Positions 58,858 to 64,000 of a DNA stretch of 64,000 nucleotides are shown here, in pieces; position 1 is the stretch's first letter, and the number at the start of each line of letters is the position of its first letter. The DNA is from Candidatus Rokuibacteriota bacterium. GTDB lineage: Bacteria; Methylomirabilota; Methylomirabilia; Rokubacteriales; CSP1-6. The stretch spans positions 44,148 through 108,147 of the forward strand of contig QHSP01000019.1 of the NCBI GenBank assembly GCA_003220495.1, given 5' to 3'. The translations under genes were made by a program, and so were the position numbers. The notes under the pieces are model-generated. The model ran no database searches. It was not told the DNA's origin and saw nothing but the letters and a program-made list of their open reading frames with translations.

Positions 58858-59838
58858 TCACCACCGCATGAGCGCCGCGCCCCAGGCGAAGCCGCCCCCG
58901 AACGCGACGATGAGCACGAGGTCGCCGCGCTTGAGCCGGCCCCCGGTGACCGCCTCCTCGAGCGCGACATACACCGACGCGGCGCCGGTGTTCCCGTAAC
59001 GATCGACGTTGACGAACACGCGGTCCATCGGCAGGTTCACGCGCTTGGCGGCGGCCTCGATGATCCGGAGATTGGCCTGGTGCGGGATGAACAGGTTCAC
59101 GTCGTCCGCCGTGAATCCGTTGCGCGCGAGGATGCGCTCGGCGCAGTCCACGAACAGGCGGACGGCGACCTTGAAGACCTCGTTGCCCTTCATCTTGGCG
59201 AAATGCATCCGGGCGTCGACGGTCTCCCGGGTCGCCGGATGACGCGAGCCGCCGCCCGGCATGTACAGGAGCTCCCAGTACTGGCCGTCGGAATAGAGAT
59301 CGAAATCGATGATCCCCCGCTCGTCCTCGGACGGCTCGAGCACCGCCGCCCCCGCGGCGTCGGCGAGGAGCACGCACGTGCCCCGGTCGGTGAAGTCCGT
59401 GATCTTCGACAAGGTCTCGGCGCCGATGCACAGAACGCGCTTGTACTTCCCGGTCTGGATGAACTGCGCGCCGATCGACAGGCTGTAGATCGAGCCCGCG
59501 CACGCGGCGAGCATGTCCACCGAGCCGGCGCGCCGGCAACCGAGCCGGTGCTGGACGATGTTGCCGGTGGTCGGGAAGATCATGTCCGGGCTGGTCGTGC
59601 CGACGGCGATGAATTCCACGTCTTCCGGCAGGAGGTTCGCGCGCTCGAGCGCCTGCTGCGCCGCGCGGACGGCGAGGTCCGACGTCGCCTCGTTCTCGTC
59701 GGCGATGCGGCGCTCGCGGATGCCGGTCCGCTGGACGATCCACGCGTCGTTGGTCTCGACCATCTTCTCGAGATCGGCGTTGGTCAGGATCCGCTTGGGC
59801 GCGTACGCGCCGACCCCGGTGATTCTCGCTCGCGTCAT
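58858..59838 (-). CDS. fabH: 3-oxoacyl-ACP synthase III
   Basis: ACAGS active-site Cys context, HQAN and NxG; ATG at 59836-59838; 326 aa. Confidence 0.9.
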   Translation of the reverse strand: MTRARITGVGAYAPKRILTNADLEKMVETNDAWIVQRTGIRERRIADENEATSDLAVRAAQQALERANLLPEDVEFIAVGTTSPDMIFPTTGNIVQHRLGCRRAGSVDMLAACAGSIYSLSIGAQFIQTGKYKRVLCIGAETLSKITDFTDRGTCVLLADAAGAAVLEPSEDERGIIDFDLYSDGQYWELLYMPGGGSRHPATRETVDARMHFAKMKGNEVFKVAVRLFVDCAERILARNGFTADDVNLFIPHQANLRIIEAAAKRVNLPMDRVFVNVDRYGNTGAASVYVALEEAVTGGRLKRGDLVLIVAFGGGFAWGAALMRW

Positions 59839-60893
59839 TCGCGTCCCCCTTCGCGGCCGCCGCGCTCCACCTCGGCCTCCAGAGCGGCTTTGATGTGCTC
59901 GTTCAGTCCGGCGTTCGCCCACTCCTGGGCGACGCGCACCGCATTCTTGATGGCCTTCACCGGTGAGGCACCGTGACAGATGATGGCGGCGCCGTCAATG
60001 CCGAGGAGCGGCGCGCCGCCCATCTCGGTGTAGTCGATGCGGCGGCGGAATCGCTCGAAGGCCGGCATCGCGAGCTTCGCGCCGATCTTCGACCGCGCGT
60101 CGCGCATCAGCTCTTCCTTGATCATGGCGCCGATCATCTCGGCGAGGCTCTCGGAGATCTTCAGCGCGACGTTGCCGGTGAACCCGTCGGTGACGACGAC
60201 GTCGCACCGGCCGTTGTAGATGTCGCGGCCTTCCACGTTGCCTACGAAGTTCAGCGACGACTCGCGGAGCTGCTCGAACGTCTCCTTCGTGAGCTCGTTG
60301 CCCTTGCCCTCTTCCTCGCCGACCGACAGGAGCCCCACCCGCGGGCTGTCGAGACCGAGGATGTCGCGCGCGTACACGTGGCCCATGACGGCGAACTGCA
60401 AGAGGTGCTCGGCCTTCGGATCGACGTTCGCGCCGGCGTCGATCAGGATCGTGAACTTGCGGAGGTTCGGCAGGACCGCGGCGATCGCCGGCCGGTCCAC
60501 GCCCGGCAGAACGCCGATGACGAACATGGCGATCGCCATCGCGGCCCCGGTGTTGCCCGCCGAGATGAAGGCCGAGGCTTTCCCGTCCTTGACGAGCTCG
60601 GCCGCAACCCGCAAGGACGAGTCGCGCTTGCGCCGGAGCGCCTGCGACGGGCTCTCGGCCATCCCGACGACCTGCGAGGCGTGGCGGATCTCGAGGGCGA
60701 CACTCTGCGCGTCCAGCCGGACAACCTCGCGGTTGATCGCCGAGCGATCACCCACGAGGATGACGGCCGCGCCGAACTCGCGGACGGCCGCCACCGCGCC
60801 CTCGACCACGACGCGGGGACCGTAGTCGCCTCCCATCGCGTCCACGGCGACTTTCAAGCGGGACGGCGCACCGTCTCCGTTGGTCATCGGCAT
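59835..60893 (-). CDS. plsX: phosphate acyltransferase
   Basis: VAVDAMGGD...GNVAL PlsX family motifs; stop overlaps the fabH start (ATGA). Confidence 0.9.
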   Translation of the reverse strand: MPMTNGDGAPSRLKVAVDAMGGDYGPRVVVEGAVAAVREFGAAVILVGDRSAINREVVRLDAQSVALEIRHASQVVGMAESPSQALRRKRDSSLRVAAELVKDGKASAFISAGNTGAAMAIAMFVIGVLPGVDRPAIAAVLPNLRKFTILIDAGANVDPKAEHLLQFAVMGHVYARDILGLDSPRVGLLSVGEEEGKGNELTKETFEQLRESSLNFVGNVEGRDIYNGRCDVVVTDGFTGNVALKISESLAEMIGAMIKEELMRDARSKIGAKLAMPAFERFRRRIDYTEMGGAPLLGIDGAAIICHGASPVKAIKNAVRVAQEWANAGLNEHIKAALEAEVERGGREGGRE

Positions 60894-60917
60894 GTGGTCG
60901 GCGGCGCGACGAGCCGG

Positions 60918-61100
60918 CTACGTCCCTTCGACGGCCACGATTTCCCGCCCCTTGTAGTACCCGCAGTGCGGGCACACCCGGTGCGGCAGCTTGGTCTCGC
61001 GGCATTGCGGGCACACCGAGCGCGTGGGCGCGGCGAGCTTGTAGTGCGTGCGGCGCTTGCGTCCGCGCGTCTTCGAGTGGCGTCGTTTCGGCAGCGGCAT
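60918..61100 (-). CDS. rpmF: 50S ribosomal protein L32
   Basis: 60 aa: [17 protein letters not shown]...CPQC...CPHCG, typical L32 with a zinc ribbon. Confidence 0.9.
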   Translation of the reverse strand: MPLPKRRHSKTRGRKRRTHYKLAAPTRSVCPQCRETKLPHRVCPHCGYYKGREIVAVEGT

Positions 61101-61109
61101 CGAACTCTC

Positions 61110-61658
61110 CTAGTGCGAAAGCCGCGAGGCCAGGTCCTTGAGGGCGGCCATCCGTGGATCCGGCGGGCGCTCCGGGCACTCGCACTTGACCACGTTCCGG
61201 TTCCCTCCGCAGACCCGACAGAGCCCAAGACAGCCTTCGCGGCACAGCGGCTTCATGGGTAGCGCGAGCGTCGTCTCGGCCTCGATCAGGGCGCCGATAT
61301 CGATCGCGTCCTTGTCGTAGAAATCGACGTCGAGATCGTCGGCGGCCAGCTCGACGTTGTCCGCGGTGACCGGGCGCGGCACGAGCCGCACGTCCACGGG
61401 AGCCGTCACCTCTCCCGGAGAGGGCTCGAGACACCGACCGCAGGCCTGCGACACCGCCGCGCGGAGCTCGCCGGTCACGAAAACGTCCGCGCCGTCCCGC
61501 TCGACCCGGAGGTTCACGTCGAGGAGGCGCCAGGCGGAGTCTCGGTAGACCGCCCCTAGGGCACTCGCGTCCGTGAGACTGAGCCCTTCGTTCGTGATAT
61601 CTGGAACCCGAACGATCATGACTGCTAACTCATCGTCAACAAAAGAGTTTTTACTCAC
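61110..61658 (-). CDS. yceD: YceD/DUF177 family protein (large-ribosomal-subunit accumulation protein)
   Basis: DUF177 with C-terminal CxxC...CxxC (CREGCLGLCRVCGGN), located immediately upstream of rpmF as in many bacteria. Confidence 0.75.
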   Translation of the reverse strand: MSKNSFVDDELAVMIVRVPDITNEGLSLTDASALGAVYRDSAWRLLDVNLRVERDGADVFVTGELRAAVSQACGRCLEPSPGEVTAPVDVRLVPRPVTADNVELAADDLDVDFYDKDAIDIGALIEAETTLALPMKPLCREGCLGLCRVCGGNRNVVKCECPERPPDPRMAALKDLASRLSH

Positions 61659-61757
61659 TTGGGGTCAGTATATCGGCCGTTGTGCCTGCAAGTCAAGGCA
61701 TTTGACCGCTATAGAGCGCGATTTGACCGGTCTGGGGCCGTCTGCTAGGCTTCGACC

Positions 61758-62609
61758 ATGTCAAACATATTCAAGACCGGGCTCCTGTTGGCCGTCCTGA
61801 CAGTGATGCTCGTTTTACTCGGCGGCGCGGTCGGCGGCCGTCAAGGCATGCTGATCGCCTTTTTTGTGGCCGTCGCCATGAATTTCGTCAGCTATTGGTT
61901 CTCGGACAAGATGGTGCTCGCCGCTTATGGGGCGCAGCCAATCGAGGAGGCGTCTGCGCCCCGACTCTACGCGATCGTGCACCGTCTGACCACGCGCGCC
62001 GGCATCCCGATGCCGCGCATCTACCTGATCCCGAGCGAGACGCCGAACGCGTTCGCGACCGGTCGCAACCCGGAGCACGCGGTCGTGGCCGTGACCGAGG
62101 GCATCATGCGGATCCTCGACGAGGAAGAGCTCGAGGGCGTCCTGGCGCACGAGCTCTCGCACGTGAAGAATCGCGACGTGCTGATCTCGACGATCGCCGC
62201 GACCCTGGCCGGCGCGATCACCTATCTCGCGCACATGGCGCAGTGGGCTGCGATGTTCGGCGGGCGCAGCCGGGACGACGACGACGGTGGGTCGAACCCG
62301 CTTGCGATGATCCTGCTGGCGATCCTGGCGCCGATCGCCGCGCTGCTCGTCCAGATGGCGGTCTCGCGCTCCCGCGAGTTCCAGGCCGACGCCACCGGCG
62401 CGAAGGTGGCCGGGCGTCCATGGGGCCTGATGAAGGCCCTCGAGAAGCTCCAGATGGCGAACCAGGCGATGCCAATGGCGGATGCGACTCCGGCAACCGC
62501 TCACCTCTTCATCGTGAACCCGCTGAGCGGCCAGACCTTGATGCGTCTGTTCTCGACTCACCCGCCCCTCGAGGAGCGGATCGCCCGCCTGCGGGCGATG
62601 CGCGTCTAG
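61758..62609 (+). CDS. htpX: protease HtpX homolog (M48 zinc metalloprotease)
   Basis: [10 protein letters not shown] (HExxH) zinc motif within a membrane-embedded M48 fold; 283 aa. Confidence 0.9.
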   Translation: MSNIFKTGLLLAVLTVMLVLLGGAVGGRQGMLIAFFVAVAMNFVSYWFSDKMVLAAYGAQPIEEASAPRLYAIVHRLTTRAGIPMPRIYLIPSETPNAFATGRNPEHAVVAVTEGIMRILDEEELEGVLAHELSHVKNRDVLISTIAATLAGAITYLAHMAQWAAMFGGRSRDDDDGGSNPLAMILLAILAPIAALLVQMAVSRSREFQADATGAKVAGRPWGLMKALEKLQMANQAMPMADATPATAHLFIVNPLSGQTLMRLFSTHPPLEERIARLRAMRV

Positions 62610-62658
62610 CCCAACGTCGTCGACGCGCCCCGGAATCGTCGGGGCGCGTCGCTTCGCT

Positions 62659-64000
62659 TCAGGCCTTTTCGACCATGTAGACGTGGGGCAGCATGTCGAC
62701 GTAGATGTTGCCCTCGACCACCGTCTCGCCCAGCTTGTTCTTCTCGAGCCCGCGCACCGTCGGCTTGGCCGCGCACCACCGGGCGACCCACGCGACCGGA
62801 ATGTATCCCGCGTCGGTCTGCATGATCTCTTCGGCCTTGGCGTAGTTCACCAAACGCTTCTTGGTGTCGCGCGTGTCGCGTCCGGCCTCGAGCTCCTTGT
62901 CGAACGCATCGTTGACCCAGGCCTGCCGCCGGCCCTCCGTCTTCTTGCCGTAGAACGTGTCGAAGTACTCGTTGTGCGGATCCGGATAGTCCATGAACCA
63001 GCGGATCCACACGAACTGATAGTCGTTCTTCCAGAGCCCGGCGCGGAAGACGCGCTGCTCCAGTACCTCGAGCTCCGTCTTCATGTTGAGGTGCTCGAGC
63101 AGGACCGCCTGGACGGCCTCGGCCAGCGGTTTGGAGCCGAGCCCCTCTTCGCGCATCGTCAGGGTGATCCGTGGCCAGTTGCGCCCTCCCTCGTACGGCG
63201 TGCCCTTCAGCATGGCCATCGCCGCCTTCGGATCGAAGCGCTGGATGTCGCGGATCTTTTTGTCGTCGACCGCCCCGGGGAAACCCGTCGGGATCATCGA
63301 GTGCGCGGGGATGGCGAAGCCGTCGGCGACCTTCACCACGCTTTCCCGGTCGATGGCGTGCCCGACCGCCCGGCGCACCTTCCCGTTGTCGAAGGGCGGC
63401 TTCGTCACCTGTGGGATCAGATACCAGGTGCCCGGGAACGGATAGCGGAACACCTGCGCCTTGGTCCGCGGATCGTCGCGCATCCGCCGCAAATCGCCCG
63501 GCTGCAGCGGCGAGATGTCGAGCTCGTTGTTCTCGTACGGTAGGGCGCCCGACTGCACCGGCACGATCGGGACCGTGGCCTTCTCGAGCGTGATGTCCTT
63601 GGCGCCGAAGAAGTGCTTGTTCTTCCGCAGCACCATGACCTTGTTGTGCTCCCAGCTCTCGAGCACGAAGGGCCCGTTGCAGACGATGTTGGCCGCCTCC
63701 GTCCACTTGTCGCCGTGCTTCTCGACCGAGGCGCGATGGGCCGGGTACGCGGCGAGATAAGCGGACAGAACCGGGAAGTATCCGCGCGGCCCTTCGAGCG
63801 TCACCTCGAGCGTCCAGTCGTCCTTGGCCACCACGCCGACCTGCGAGGCATCGGACGCTTTGCCCTTGTTGAAGGCCTCGGCGCCCTTGATGTCGTAGAA
63901 GTAGCTCGAGTACGGGTTCTTGCTGGCCGGATCCATCTGACGCTTCCAGGACCACTCGAAGTCGCGCGCCGCGCACGGCCCGCCGTCGGACCACTTCGAG
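62659..64000 (-). CDS. ABC transporter substrate-binding protein, family 5 (peptide/nickel, OppA/DppA-like); 5' end beyond window
   Basis: SBP_bac_5 fold. The frame stays open upstream of the called Met (WSDGGPCAARDFEWSWKRQMDP matches the SBP5 WSDG...DF.YSW motif), so the N-terminus lies past 64000. Confidence 0.8.
   Translation of the reverse strand, partial: SKWSDGGPCAARDFEWSWKRQMDPASKNPYSSYFYDIKGAEAFNKGKASDASQVGVVAKDDWTLEVTLEGPRGYFPVLSAYLAAYPAHRASVEKHGDKWTEAANIVCNGPFVLESWEHNKVMVLRKNKHFFGAKDITLEKATVPIVPVQSGALPYENNELDISPLQPGDLRRMRDDPRTKAQVFRYPFPGTWYLIPQVTKPPFDNGKVRRAVGHAIDRESVVKVADGFAIPAHSMIPTGFPGAVDDKKIRDIQRFDPKAAMAMLKGTPYEGGRNWPRITLTMREEGLGSKPLAEAVQAVLLEHLNMKTELEVLEQRVFRAGLWKNDYQFVWIRWFMDYPDPHNEYFDTFYGKKTEGRRQAWVNDAFDKELEAGRDTRDTKKRLVNYAKAEEIMQTDAGYIPVAWVARWCAAKPTVRGLEKNKLGETVVEGNIYVDMLPHVYMVEKA

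Noticed and set aside
59973-61262. 429-aa + strand ORF antisense to plsX/rpmF/yceD
   Set aside because: Antisense artefact across three well-supported minus-strand genes.

Overview
This is a 64 kb, roughly 70% GC, gene-dense bacterial chromosomal segment from an unidentified lineage. Most genes are on the minus strand and many are translationally coupled through 1-4 nt overlaps (ATGA, GTGA, TTGA). No rRNA, tRNA, CRISPR array or transposase/integrase was seen.

The content is mainly housekeeping and metabolism:
- a fatty-acid and ribosome-associated cluster: plsX-fabH-fabD-fabG-acpP-fabF followed by an RNase III-domain gene, with yceD-rpmF upstream and htpX divergent;
- a malic enzyme -> acetyl-CoA synthetase -> MFS transporter operon;
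- an NtrC-type two-component system with a 1016-aa multi-GAF sensor kinase;
- a D-aminoacylase/amidase pair;
- one-carbon and methionine-related genes: a YitJ-like homocysteine methyltransferase/MTHFR, aroK, cystathionine gamma-synthase, and a DMGDH-like oxidase;
- a paired-M16-peptidase operon, DegP/HtrA, family-5 UDG, ilvA, citrate synthase and dapF.

The features most worth follow-up are:
1. a carboxymuconolactone-decarboxylase/AhpD-family gene with an in-frame UGA exactly at the second Cys of the CxxC motif and a hairpin 11 nt downstream (candidate selenoprotein plus SECIS);
2. a rearranged spot next to it, where a truncated inactive ClpP-like fragment is flanked by 56-bp direct repeats of the CMD gene's 3' end;
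3. a three-gene split methionine-synthase-like module (corrinoid protein, Zn homocysteine methyltransferase domain, MetH-activation-like protein with a C-terminal Cys cluster) that lacks any folate-binding methyl-donor domain;
4. a DUF169-like::MtaA/UroD-type methyltransferase fusion gene, preceded by a perfect 65-bp x2.4 tandem repeat in a divergent promoter region;
5. a DMGDH-like gene with no canonical start codon ahead of its FAD-binding motif.

I did not find evidence for a defence island or mobile element. The candidate 'novel system' calls rest on domain architecture and local sequence structure, not on verified homology searches.
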